Shown here: piece after piece, positions 47,621 through 57,524 of the stretch
How the letters are laid out: each line of letters opens with the position of its first letter
How positions within the stretch are numbered: the first letter of the stretch is position 1
Made by a program: the position numbers and the translations under genes
Notes under the pieces: generated by a model
Told to the model about the DNA's origin: nothing
Database searches by the model: none
What the model saw: only the letters and a program-made list of their open reading frames with translations
Assembly (NCBI GenBank): GCA_030599585.1
Contig: JAUVNS010000002.1
Coordinates: 256,001-320,000 of the forward strand
Direction of reading: 5' to 3'
DNA from: Promethearchaeota archaeon
GTDB taxonomy: Archaea; Asgardarchaeota; Lokiarchaeia; Sigyniarchaeales; SOKP01
DNA length: 64,000 nt

Positions 47621-49807
47621 TTATCCCACCTCCATGTGAAATATCCTGTGTTTATCTAATTTTACTCTATAATTCGGGGGAACTACTAAAGTAGTTGCGG
47701 GGGCCTCTATTACAGCTGGACCGTCGACAATATTTCCTGCATCGAGTAATTTCATTTCCCATATCGAAGCATTATACCATTTTTTACCCCAAAACATTTC
47801 TCTCAATCCTTTTGACGCATCATCATTTGGTCTTTCACTGCTAAGCTCAAGCTTCGGTAACTCTGGTTTTGGTACGGGAACGACGCCGGTTCCTATAGCC
47901 TTAGTAATGTGATATCCCAGTTCAGGACTTTTCGTTCCTCTTCGAAATATCTTCTCGAAAAGATCGTCGTATCTACGAAGAAGATCGTTTAATTCAACGG
48001 AATCAAAACGATCCAATTCTTCTGAATGCTCAATTGTTAATTCCTCATAAGGAGATTGTACTTCTAAGTCGTCTAACATGCCAAAATATTGCAGCTTAAG
48101 AGATGGTCTAAACTCCATCTCATTTGGATCTCTACCTTCTTTTTCAAATTCTTTCATAATTTTAATCTTTAAATCTCTCCATGTGGAAGTTATCATTGAT
48201 GCTACAAATGAGGTCATCTTTCTATCAGGATCAATAACCATATCAACGGATATTTCGTGCCTGTAAGAGTGATCTGCACAAGCACATCCGTAAGCTGAAA
48301 ACGCAGCAGCCCACTCAGGTATCATTATATTTTGAAAGGACAACCCTTTAGAATATCCTGCTACATGAAGTGGCCCACCACCACCAAACGATATGAGAGT
48401 ATAATTCTCAGGCCGATATCCAAGTCCTTGGATCATTCCATTAAGGTGGTTTTTCATGTTGATTTCAATCAAATCTAAAGCCCCCCTTGCCGCTTCGTAT
48501 GGATCCGCATTGAAAGGTTTAGCAATCTGATCGTCAATATAATCATAAGCCCTTTTTTTGTTCAGTGGGACTTTACCACCGAGAAAGTAATCTGGATTAA
48601 GATACCCTAATATTACACTACAATCAGTCATTGTTACGGTTTCTACTCCAGATTGCTCATTGCACACTCCAATTTTATATCCTGCACTTTCAGGTCCAAA
48701 TTCTAATCTGCTTGATACATCGTTATATCGTACATACATCCCAGTCCCAGCACCAATAGAGTCCAATGCAATCATTGGGATGTTCAAGATAAATCCGCCG
48801 AGTGAACTTTCCCACTTTGTGGGGACATATTTTTCCATTGTTAATCCCACATCAAAAGATGTTCCCCCCACATCGGAGGATACTAGGTTTTTAATCCCAT
48901 ATTTCTCAGCGATGAATTTGCTTCCTATCATACCACCAATAGGACCTGAAACCATTGTTGGAATAAGTGATTTAGCATAAGGAGACATCGTTCCTCCATA
49001 AGATGTTAAAATTCTTAGAGGAGCTGGCACTCCCTTTTCTTTAAGTTTTTTAGCAATCGCTATTAATTGTTCCCTTGAAGGTTCTGCAGCATATTGTTCG
49101 ATTAGAAGGGCGTTTAATCTTGGGGTTTCGCCTCTTACTGGGTTGTGTTCAGAAGAAAGAATTATTGGAACCTCCCTGCCGTATTCCTTCATAACTTCTT
49201 TGGCTATTTTTTCAACTTCCATTTCGTGCCTTGAATTCATATAAGAACAGAGTAAACATACACATATGCTTTCGACATCCATATCTAATAATTCTTTTAC
49301 GACTTCTACTACATCCTTTTCATATAAGGGTATTAGTTCATCTCCCCAAAAATTAATTCTTCCGCGTACACCTTTAATATTATTTCTACGAACCAAAGGT
49401 TGCGGATGCTCGTGTTCTCTGGCGTGTAGTCGCCCCGCATAATCAAGCCACATCCAGCATTGTAAAGCCCTCCCCAATCGATGGAGATCCTCAAACCCAG
49501 CATTAACAATAACGCCGATATTATCATTTCCTTCTCTTTCTAAAAGTCGATTTAGCATAGCTGTACCCGAATACACTAAAGCTTCCACACCGGCACTAGT
49601 TTCTTCTAATTTTTTATCCCATTCATTTAAGGCATCTGATATTGAATTTATTATGCCTACAAATTCTTCTTCTCCAGTAGTTAAAGCTTTCCCTATGACA
49701 AAACTACCTTTCTCATCAATAAGAAACGAATCTGTCATTGTACCACCAGTATCTAACGCTATAGCTTTTAACAGATGTTGTTTACTTTCATTATTTGGTA
49801 TTACCAT
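47621..49807 (-). CDS. acxA: acetone carboxylase beta subunit (hydantoinase A / actin-like ATPase family)
   Basis: DTGGTMTD, YSGTAMLNR, SGPIGG, DVGGTSFD, FGGGGPLH, FSAYG, GPAVIE. Confidence 0.85.
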   Translation of the reverse strand: MVIPNNESKQHLLKAIALDTGGTMTDSFLIDEKGSFVIGKALTTGEEEFVGIINSISDALNEWDKKLEETSAGVEALVYSGTAMLNRLLEREGNDNIGVIVNAGFEDLHRLGRALQCWMWLDYAGRLHAREHEHPQPLVRRNNIKGVRGRINFWGDELIPLYEKDVVEVVKELLDMDVESICVCLLCSYMNSRHEMEVEKIAKEVMKEYGREVPIILSSEHNPVRGETPRLNALLIEQYAAEPSREQLIAIAKKLKEKGVPAPLRILTSYGGTMSPYAKSLIPTMVSGPIGGMIGSKFIAEKYGIKNLVSSDVGGTSFDVGLTMEKYVPTKWESSLGGFILNIPMIALDSIGAGTGMYVRYNDVSSRLEFGPESAGYKIGVCNEQSGVETVTMTDCSVILGYLNPDYFLGGKVPLNKKRAYDYIDDQIAKPFNADPYEAARGALDLIEINMKNHLNGMIQGLGYRPENYTLISFGGGGPLHVAGYSKGLSFQNIMIPEWAAAFSAYGCACADHSYRHEISVDMVIDPDRKMTSFVASMITSTWRDLKIKIMKEFEKEGRDPNEMEFRPSLKLQYFGMLDDLEVQSPYEELTIEHSEELDRFDSVELNDLLRRYDDLFEKIFRRGTKSPELGYHITKAIGTGVVPVPKPELPKLELSSERPNDDASKGLREMFWGKKWYNASIWEMKLLDAGNIVDGPAVIEAPATTLVVPPNYRVKLDKHRIFHMEVG

Positions 49808-49905
49808 ATACGATCGCCTTGAATGTTTTTCACATTAATATTTCATAATTAGATTTAATGCTATATATAACTGAAGTATAAGTGAAAAAAAATTTAAAAA
49901 TATGA

Positions 49906-49917
49906 CCACTCGAGTGG
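49906..49917. promoter_or_regulatory. 12-bp perfect palindrome CCACTCGAGTGG upstream of the acx promoter
   Basis: GC-rich palindrome in an AT-rich spacer, about 35 nt upstream of minus-strand TTATATATAG (49870-49861). Confidence 0.45.
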
Positions 49918-49967
49918 AGTTTTATCCAATTGTCGAATGTCCGATCAGAAAAATAAGGTTATTTAAC

Positions 49968-51506
49968 TCAAATCCTTTCAATCATCATTCCACCTAAGAT
50001 GATTGGCCCACCGGTTGAATTATAGATTTTTTCAGCTTTTTTCATTTTATTCTGGCTGTCAGAATATATTTTAAAGATTAAATCCCCTTCCTTGATTCTT
50101 GCTCCCTGTTTTTTAAAAATTTCAACACCTGATTGTTTTGAATGAGGACAACCTGTAGCTTTCGCTATCTGATTAATTATCGCATTATTTACACCAGTTA
50201 TGTGGCCAGCTTTTGTGGTGAAAAATTCTTTAGAATAGGGCCCTAATTTAATATCTTCAGGTTTTATTTCTGGGTTTCCACCCTGAATCTCAATAATTCG
50301 CTTCATTTTGTCGTAAGCTTTCCCTGAATGTAGTATTTCTTTTGCTAAACTTTGACCTTTTCCTTTTTGAACTTTTCCCCCCATTTCAAGCAATATACCT
50401 GCTAAATCAGTGGATTTTTCAATAAGAGAATTAGGACCAGCAGTATAATCATTAAGTAAGGTCAAAGCCTCTCTTGCTTCTAAACCGGGACCTATGGCGT
50501 GTCCGATAGGCTGATGAGCTAATGTTAAAGCACACTCCGCTTGAATCCCAACATTTTTGGCAATCTCTTTAAATATATAAGCAAATTGTTTACCCTTATC
50601 GGTGGTAGGAAATTTAGTTCCTTCTCCAACTGGTATATCTAAAACGAGTTTTTTGACGCCCAGGCTTAATTTTTTAGTGATTATGGAAGGAATCATAAGT
50701 CCTATAGGATCCATATGTAATGGACGCTCGATTTCAATTAAAATATTATCTGCTGGAGATGTATTTAGAGCACCACCCCAAATTATGCAAGCATTTTCCT
50801 TAGATATAATGCTTTTTAATACATCAGCTTCGAATGTTACAGGAGCTAAAACTTCCATTGAATCAGCGGTACCAGAGGGGGAAGTAATAGCTCTTGTTGA
50901 TGATTTTGGTATTGTTAAACCAGCAGCCGCAACGATTGGAACTATTATAAGCGTAACTTTATTGCCAGGAACGCCTCCAGTTGAATGTTTGTCATAAACT
51001 TCTGGACCGAAATCAAAAACTTCTCCACTTCTTGCTTCTGCATAAGTCAATGAAGTCATCTCTTCATTATCCATCCCATTTATTGAAACAGCTGTTATAA
51101 ATGCTGCTAAATCTATTTTTGATAATGAACCAGAGACCGTATCCGTAACAATTTCGTTAATTTCTTCTGCGGTAAGCTTATTTCCCCTTATTTTCTTCTG
51201 AATAAACTTAAAAGAATCGGGAGGGTCTGCTGGTTTCACGGATATTATAGTGTCATCTCGGAGATTCTTTTTTTCTTTAATAATATCCATAAAAATTCCT
51301 ATTTCTCCTGGATTCACGAGAGAGTTGGAATAATCAATTTGCAATATAGCAATCCAATATTTCTCTTCTATATTTTTAGTTTCTAAATTTTTGATGATGA
51401 TACGGTCACCTGCTTTTTGACCCAATTTTACCGCATCTTCAATATTTAAAACTACATCTTTAGTATTTCCGGTCTCAAAGTTAATTGTTTTTACTTTTAG
51501 CTTCAT
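49968..51506 (-). CDS. deoA: AMP (NMP) phosphorylase, archaeal thymidine phosphorylase family
   Basis: DKHSTGGVPGNK, PKSSTRAITSPSGTAD, SIITKK, DIPVG.GTK, IGPGLEA, QGG; archaeal N-terminal domain. Confidence 0.9.
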   Translation of the reverse strand: MKLKVKTINFETGNTKDVVLNIEDAVKLGQKAGDRIIIKNLETKNIEEKYWIAILQIDYSNSLVNPGEIGIFMDIIKEKKNLRDDTIISVKPADPPDSFKFIQKKIRGNKLTAEEINEIVTDTVSGSLSKIDLAAFITAVSINGMDNEEMTSLTYAEARSGEVFDFGPEVYDKHSTGGVPGNKVTLIIVPIVAAAGLTIPKSSTRAITSPSGTADSMEVLAPVTFEADVLKSIISKENACIIWGGALNTSPADNILIEIERPLHMDPIGLMIPSIITKKLSLGVKKLVLDIPVGEGTKFPTTDKGKQFAYIFKEIAKNVGIQAECALTLAHQPIGHAIGPGLEAREALTLLNDYTAGPNSLIEKSTDLAGILLEMGGKVQKGKGQSLAKEILHSGKAYDKMKRIIEIQGGNPEIKPEDIKLGPYSKEFFTTKAGHITGVNNAIINQIAKATGCPHSKQSGVEIFKKQGARIKEGDLIFKIYSDSQNKMKKAEKIYNSTGGPIILGGMMIERI

Positions 51507-51680
51507 AATGAACAAAATTCGCTTATTTAATTATAAATTAGATAAATTGGTTATATAACTTTAAGTAAAATTTCTTAATATGCATGTATTTTGCTTTATT
51601 TACTCAAGTTATTATTTTTCCATTTAATTTATTTATATCTTTTAATAAAGTTAATTAAATACTACATACTGAGATTGATT

Positions 51681-52820
51681 ATGAATAAGTTTGAAAAAGC
51701 TCAAGAAGTACTCCATGAACTAGGTGGAGACGGTTGGTTAATAATATGCGTAGAGGCTAATGATATTAATTCCCGTTTCATGCTAGGAGTCGATTCTCCC
51801 TCTCGTCATTATATATATGTTGCGGCAGATGGAAATCATAAGATAATTGCAGTTGAAATGGAGGCTCCTATGATAGAACGCTCTTTAAAAAAGAAAGGAG
51901 TAAAAGCTGAGGTATTTTCTTACAAATCTATGAAAGAATTAGATAGGTTTCTGAGTCCTATTGTTAAAAAAACACGTGTAGCTTTAAATTTCGGAGAAAA
52001 TGTTTTGAGCCCAGAGGGAACGGGATTTGCAGATTTTATTAATGCTGGAGATTATTTGTCCATGAAAAAAATAGCACCCCAAACAGAATTTATATCAGCA
52101 GCTCCAATTATAGAAGCCTTAAGACGTGTAAAAACTCAAGATGAATTAACTGATTTACGAAATGTATGTAAAGCTACTATAGAAATTCTAGAGGCAATAC
52201 CCGATTGGGTAAAAGTTGGTATGACAGAAAATGATATAAAAGCGAAATTAGAATATGAATACATGAAATTAGGACGGCCCTCATTTGGATCAATAGTTGC
52301 TACTGGAACTCATTCGGCGGATCCACACCACAATACATCTTTGAAGAAAATCGAACCAGGAGTCTTGTTAATCGATTCGGGTTTACAAATAGATGAAATG
52401 AGTTCTGATATTACTAGGACATTCTGGGTCGGTGCAAATCCTCCTGAAGATTTCAAAAAAGCATATACGGCTCTATACGAAGCGAAGGATGTTGCTAATG
52501 ATTACTTTACTGATGGAACTCCAAAAAATGTACCTGGGTTAAAATGCAGAGAACATCTAACTACAAAAGGGTACGATCATGAAAAACTCTTTATCCATGG
52601 GTTAGGACATTCCCTTGGATTTGTAGCTCACGATATTGGGGGGAGCGTAAGCTGGAAAGTGCCTGAAACTTATAAATTTGAAGAAAACATGGTGTTTACC
52701 AACGAACCGGGTTTATATTGGAAAGATAAATGGGGAATTAGATTGGAAGATGATGTAATAATTGGTAAGGGCAAATGCGAACAAGTTACCAAAGTATCAG
52801 AAATTCCTGTTCTAATTTGA
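51681..52820 (+). CDS. Xaa-Pro aminopeptidase (M24 family)
   Basis: PHH, IDSG, SDITRT, HGLGHSLG..HD, NEPGLY, GIRLEDD; ATG 51681 preferred. Confidence 0.92.
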   Translation: MNKFEKAQEVLHELGGDGWLIICVEANDINSRFMLGVDSPSRHYIYVAADGNHKIIAVEMEAPMIERSLKKKGVKAEVFSYKSMKELDRFLSPIVKKTRVALNFGENVLSPEGTGFADFINAGDYLSMKKIAPQTEFISAAPIIEALRRVKTQDELTDLRNVCKATIEILEAIPDWVKVGMTENDIKAKLEYEYMKLGRPSFGSIVATGTHSADPHHNTSLKKIEPGVLLIDSGLQIDEMSSDITRTFWVGANPPEDFKKAYTALYEAKDVANDYFTDGTPKNVPGLKCREHLTTKGYDHEKLFIHGLGHSLGFVAHDIGGSVSWKVPETYKFEENMVFTNEPGLYWKDKWGIRLEDDVIIGKGKCEQVTKVSEIPVLI

Positions 52821-52837
52821 TTTGAAATAAAAACTTT

Positions 52838-54145
52838 TTACAACTTGATAGAAAAAGGAAAATCCTTTATTTCTTCTATTTTATTCTGGTCTGGATCCAT
52901 AAATTTAATTAAAATTCTAATTACATAATCTCCCGCTTCAAGGGGTTTAAGGTTAATCTCCCATTTTATATCTTCGTTAGATTTAAGGGAGTAAATCTGC
53001 TTATTCGTGGTTCCCCTCATAACTTTTAATTGTTCCGGAAATTCAACATCCAACTTCAAATCTAAAGCTTCTCCTTCGCTCTGGTTTTCAATAGTAAACT
53101 CGAGTGGAAATGTTTTTTCGAGGAGAGGAGGTCTTAAATTTCTTATTGATGCTGTTAATGTAGCAGGAGGAGAAATTAAGTTAGGTATTAATGATTGAGT
53201 TTCATATAGAAAAATCAAATCGTTATTTAACTCACAGGTGAGTACCATAGGACCAATACTTGACTTGTCGACTTGAAAATGAGGTTTAATTTTGAATTGT
53301 AAATGAGTTTCTTTACCTATATCTAATGGTAACGGAACGCTTGGTTTATTGTGTGTTGCTAAATTATCAGACAAATTTATTAAAAATTTTGTGATGTTAA
53401 ACTGGTTCAATTCAAACTTATAGAAAGGGTTGTTTATGATTTCCACTAGAGGTTTCGTATCAAGTTTTAAATCTAAATTAAGAATTTCATTTGTGGTATA
53501 AATGTCTTTGTCTAATTTAAATGAGGTCGTAATGCTAAGCTTGATATGTGTTATAATTAATACCAATTTTAAGAGTTTTAATTCTGCTTCTCTAAATTTG
53601 TAATTTCCAACTTTATCTTTGATTTTTTTTACATATTTAGATTCATTTTTTCTCAAAGCTAGAGTAATTTCTGAAACAAGCTTAATCAGTTGATGCTCCT
53701 TAAAAAATTCTTTATCAACCTTCTTGCTAGTTTTCTTTAAAAACTCCAATCCTTCGTTTGGAGTTCCTTTAACATAGGAACACATGTAAGAAAGCACGGA
53801 GAATAGAACATAATTCGAGTTTCTATCCCCTTCACTCTTGAGTTTAGGAATGAGATTTAATGCTTCCTTATAAACGGGGTTTGCATCTCTAAAGTTATTT
53901 GCCCATAAACAAGCTTCTCCAGATTGTCTCAATAATTCTACACTGGTGTCAAAGCGTCCGATTTCAGTAAAAATTTTAGCACTGTTCATGAAACATACTT
54001 TTGCTTTTTCGTATTCATTCAAATTAAGCAATAACTTCCCAGCGGAATGGTAACTTTTACCTGCTTTTTTAAATTGTTTCGCTCTATATAGTTGCTCAGC
54101 TTTTAGTATCAGTTTTTCAACAGCTAATCTTTGGTCTTTTCCCAT
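52838..54145 (-). CDS. TPR/SNAP-like helical solenoid + two Ig-like beta-sandwich domains
   Basis: KAEQLY..AGKSYHSAG..YEKAKVCF TPR-like helices; C-terminal FTIENQSEG...WEINLKPLEAGDY. Confidence 0.65.
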   Translation of the reverse strand: MGKDQRLAVEKLILKAEQLYRAKQFKKAGKSYHSAGKLLLNLNEYEKAKVCFMNSAKIFTEIGRFDTSVELLRQSGEACLWANNFRDANPVYKEALNLIPKLKSEGDRNSNYVLFSVLSYMCSYVKGTPNEGLEFLKKTSKKVDKEFFKEHQLIKLVSEITLALRKNESKYVKKIKDKVGNYKFREAELKLLKLVLIITHIKLSITTSFKLDKDIYTTNEILNLDLKLDTKPLVEIINNPFYKFELNQFNITKFLINLSDNLATHNKPSVPLPLDIGKETHLQFKIKPHFQVDKSSIGPMVLTCELNNDLIFLYETQSLIPNLISPPATLTASIRNLRPPLLEKTFPLEFTIENQSEGEALDLKLDVEFPEQLKVMRGTTNKQIYSLKSNEDIKWEINLKPLEAGDYVIRILIKFMDPDQNKIEEIKDFPFSIKL

Positions 54146-54355
54146 TTAAAATCACTATTGTTATAAATTAAACGTGAAATTAATAATTGAGGGATTGTTT
54201 TGACTTATTGGCATCTAAAACCAATAATTCTTCACAAGAGTGTGTTAAATACTAGAACAAGAAATCTTAATATTATATATTTACAAAAATATGAAAAAGA
54301 AGTTTAATTGAGTTAAACTTCAAAAAATTAAAAAATAGGGGGTAAAACTTTTATT

Positions 54356-54424
54356 ACCGAAACCATGACAATATGGTTCGTCTTCTTGCGACTAATATTT
54401 TCTCGCAAGATTCATCCTTTCGGT
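54356..54424 (-). promoter_or_regulatory. eukaryote-type SECIS-like element in the 3' UTR of hdrA-vhuD
   Basis: Minus strand reads ACCGA AAGG AUGAA UCUUGCGA GAAAAUAUUAG UCGCAAGA AGAC G AACCAU AUUGUC AUGGUU UCGGU: AUGA/GA core, 8-bp stem, A-rich loop; begins 6 nt after the vhuD stop. Confidence 0.8.
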
Positions 54425-54430
54425 TTAATG

Positions 54431-54898
54431 TTATTTCTTTTTTTCTTCAGAATCTTTTTTCTCAGCTTCTTTGATCAGTGATGCTTTAATGGGGTTAGTT
54501 CCTAGATTCTCTATTATTTCAGTTACTCGGATAACTTCTTCTTGAAATTTTTGACCTTCAGCTGCACTACAGCTAAACATTTGGATTCTCTCGGGTGCTA
54601 CTCCTGCTGTTTTTAAAATTTCCTTTGTGTATTCTACATTCTTCGCCGCTACTAAATTCCCAGTTTCGTAATCACATTCTCCTTTATATCATCCAGCAAC
54701 TATTACGCCATCTGCTCCCTTTCCAATAGCTCTCATCATTAAACTAGGTGTAACTCTCCCCGTGCAATTTATCCTTATTGGTCTAATTGTTGCGGGATAT
54801 TGAGCTCGAATCGTACCGGCCATGTCTCCAGCGCCATAACCTCATTTCCAACACATAAAGGCTAAAATTTTTACTTGGTCTTTTACATTCGCTGTCAT
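54431..54898 (-). CDS. vhuD: hydrogenase iron-sulfur subunit MvhD/VhuD, selenoprotein (U19, U70), 155 aa
   Basis: MTANVKDQVKILAFMCWK-U-GYGAGDMAG..INCTGRV..GADGVIVAG-U-YKGECDY..GN..SAAEG; TGA at 54844-54842 and 54691-54689; absent from the ORF track. Confidence 0.93.
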
Positions 54899-54911
54899 AT
54901 TTTACACCTCT

Positions 54912-56888
54912 CTATATATTTTCCAATATAGCATCAATTTGTTTTTCGTATTGGGGTTCACGATAGTATCTTAAAGTTATTGCTTCTGAGGGACAATTAG
55001 CTAAACAAGCGCCACATCCTCTACATAGAATTTCATCAACTTCAGCACCATCAGGTTCTACTTTAATAGCGTCGTAAGGGCAGTTAAGTTGACATAATCC
55101 ACATTTCGCACACTTTTCATTATCAACAGTTGCACGGATTAAGAGAATTCGGTATTTATCCTTCATCATTAACCGTGCTAAAGAAGAAGCAGCTGCTCTT
55201 CCTGACGCTATTGAGTCCGAAATCGCTTTAGGCCCTTGAGACACCCCAGCTAGCACAATTCCTGGAATTTTCGTATCGATAGGGTTTAATCTCGAATGAA
55301 ATTCCTTGAAAAAACCATCATGACTTTTTTCAAGTTTTAAGATGCTTGCGATTTTTTCGATTCCTTTAGCTGGCACCATGGCACTAGATAAAACAACTAA
55401 ATCGTACTCAAATTCTTTTAATTTAGTAGTTCCAACCGTGTTTTGTAACGCAACCTTAAGATTGTGTGTTTCGGGATCTTCTTGAAGTCGGGAAACATTT
55501 GTTCTAATGTATTTTATTCCCTCTTTTCGAGACGCTGTGAAGTATTCCTCGTAATCTTTCCCCGCTGCTCTTATATCCATGTAGGCTACAGTGACATCTA
55601 TATGGGGAGAGTGTTGCTTAATGAGTTTTGTATTCTTAACAGAAATCATACAACACACACCTGCACTGCAGTACGTCTTCCGAGTTAAATCTCTTGAACC
55701 AACGCATTGAATGAACAAGACACTTTTCGGTTCTTTTCCATCAGAGGGACGCTTTAAATGTCCAATCGTAGGCCCGTTAGGTGCTAATATCCGTTCAAGT
55801 TTTAATTGAGTGATTACATTAGGATAGACATTGTATCCTAAATAACCCGTTTCAGGTTCGTATTCGTCCCATCCCGTTGCTACGACTATCGACCCAACCT
55901 TAACTTCCAGAAGTTCGTCTTCTTGATCGAAATCAATTGCATCCACTTCACACGCTTTTATACACAAACCACACTTAATACATTGCGTCATATCGATTTG
56001 TGCCAACATTGGAACTGCCTGTGCGAATGAGGCATAAATTGCTCTCCGGGGATCCAAACCTTCGTTAAATTCGTTATATCCGTAAGCAGGACAGACCTCC
56101 CAACAAGCACCACAACCGTTACATTCGTTATTTACGTATCTTGCTCTTTTCCGGATCTTAACCTCAAAATTACCTACAAATCCAGTTACTTCTTCTACTT
56201 CACTGTATGTATGTAAGTTTAATCCCGGAGTTCTAGCTGTTTGAAGCATTACTGGCCCGAGAATTCAGATACTACAATCGTCCGTAGGGAAAGTTCGGTC
56301 AAGCATTGCCATTTTACCGCCAATCGTTGGTTTCTTTTCAACTAAGTGCACTTCAAATCCTTCTTCAGCTAAATCGATTCCTGCTGATAATCCAGCGACC
56401 CCACCACCAATAATAAGAGCCTTTTTTGTAATATCCACTTCTTTAATTAAGATTTTTTCTAAAGTGGAAGCTCGAGCAACTCCAGCGCGAATAGCGTCTT
56501 CAGCAGTACTCTTTGCCCCCGGTCTATCGTTTCTATGAACAAAACTTGAGTGTTCTCGAATATTAACGAATTCTAAGTAAGATGGATCCAAATTCATATC
56601 TTCCAACACGCTTTTAAAAACGGGCTCGTGAGTTTTTGGTGTACACGCTGCCATAAGTAATCGATTAGCATTAAATTCAATCATCTTTTCCTTAATGAAC
56701 TCAGCACCGGACTGTGTTCATAGCGATATATAATCTACTGCTTCGACGACATTCGGTAAAGCTTTCGAATATTCTGCTAACGCTTTTGTATCGATTATTT
56801 CAGCGATATTAAGACCTCATCGGCAGATAGTAATTAAGATTCTGACTTCATCATTTTCAGTCATTACTTTGTCTTTAGTTTCTACCAT
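54912..56888 (-). CDS. hdrA: heterodisulfide reductase subunit A, selenoprotein (U24, U57, U208), 658 aa
   Basis: One frame from ATG 56888: ICR-U-GLNIA, YISL-U-TQSG, AACTPKTHE, IGGGVAG, RTFPTDDCSI-U-ILGP, ferredoxin motifs, IQCVGSR..YCSAGVCC; TGA at 56819-56817, 56720-56718, 56267-56265. Confidence 0.93.
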
Positions 56889-57096
56889 TGCATAATTCTC
56901 CTTGTGTTATTTTGTTAGTTCCTCCAATAATTTTACGCTAATTATTATACATGAAATATTTTATTCTAATTTAAAATAACGATTAAAAAAATTAACTTTA
57001 AATCAGTATTCTTTTATATATCTTTTATTATTGATGGAATTAAAAATATTCGATTAAATCAAATTTAAATAGATTTTCCACGGTTATTACTTTAAG

Positions 57097-57510
57097 ATGC
57101 TATTTACTTTTTTACAGATGGGAACTCCTTCAATAGATGAACTACTCCCATTTATCATTATGGGCGCGTTCGCTGCAGGAGATATATTGTTATTAAAGTT
57201 AGCATTAGTGGTAACTAAAGCCCAGAAAAGAACACGGATGAAATGGGTTGCGGGAAGTTTTGCTATTCAATTTGGAATAATTTTTATTATTAGTTCTCCC
57301 TTGTTTTTGCAAGCTTTTATGGGTTCATTTAAAGGAGAACTTGATGTAATAATTCCTATCGTTATCCTTTCATTATTTATAGATCTCAACGTGATAAACG
57401 TCTTACATCAAGTAGGTCTAAAGCGTTCATTTGGCATTCTTTTGATTACTTTCGTTCCTATAATTATCGTAATGATTATATTAGGAAACACATTTGCACG
57501 AATGCCATAG
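57097..57510 (+). CDS. hypothetical 4-TM membrane protein
   Basis: Four hydrophobic segments. Confidence 0.7.
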   Translation: MLFTFLQMGTPSIDELLPFIIMGAFAAGDILLLKLALVVTKAQKRTRMKWVAGSFAIQFGIIFIISSPLFLQAFMGSFKGELDVIIPIVILSLFIDLNVINVLHQVGLKRSFGILLITFVPIIIVMIILGNTFARMP

Positions 57511-57524
57511 AATCAATATGTGAC

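Noticed and set aside
51591-51680. Signal-peptide-like N-terminus of the M24 peptidase
   Set aside because: It is translated AT-rich promoter DNA; ATG 51681 matches the family start.
54431-56888. hdrA/vhuD as nonsense-mutated pseudogenes or separate short ORFs
   Set aside because: All five stops are TGA, in frame, at conserved Cys positions, and a SECIS-like hairpin follows.
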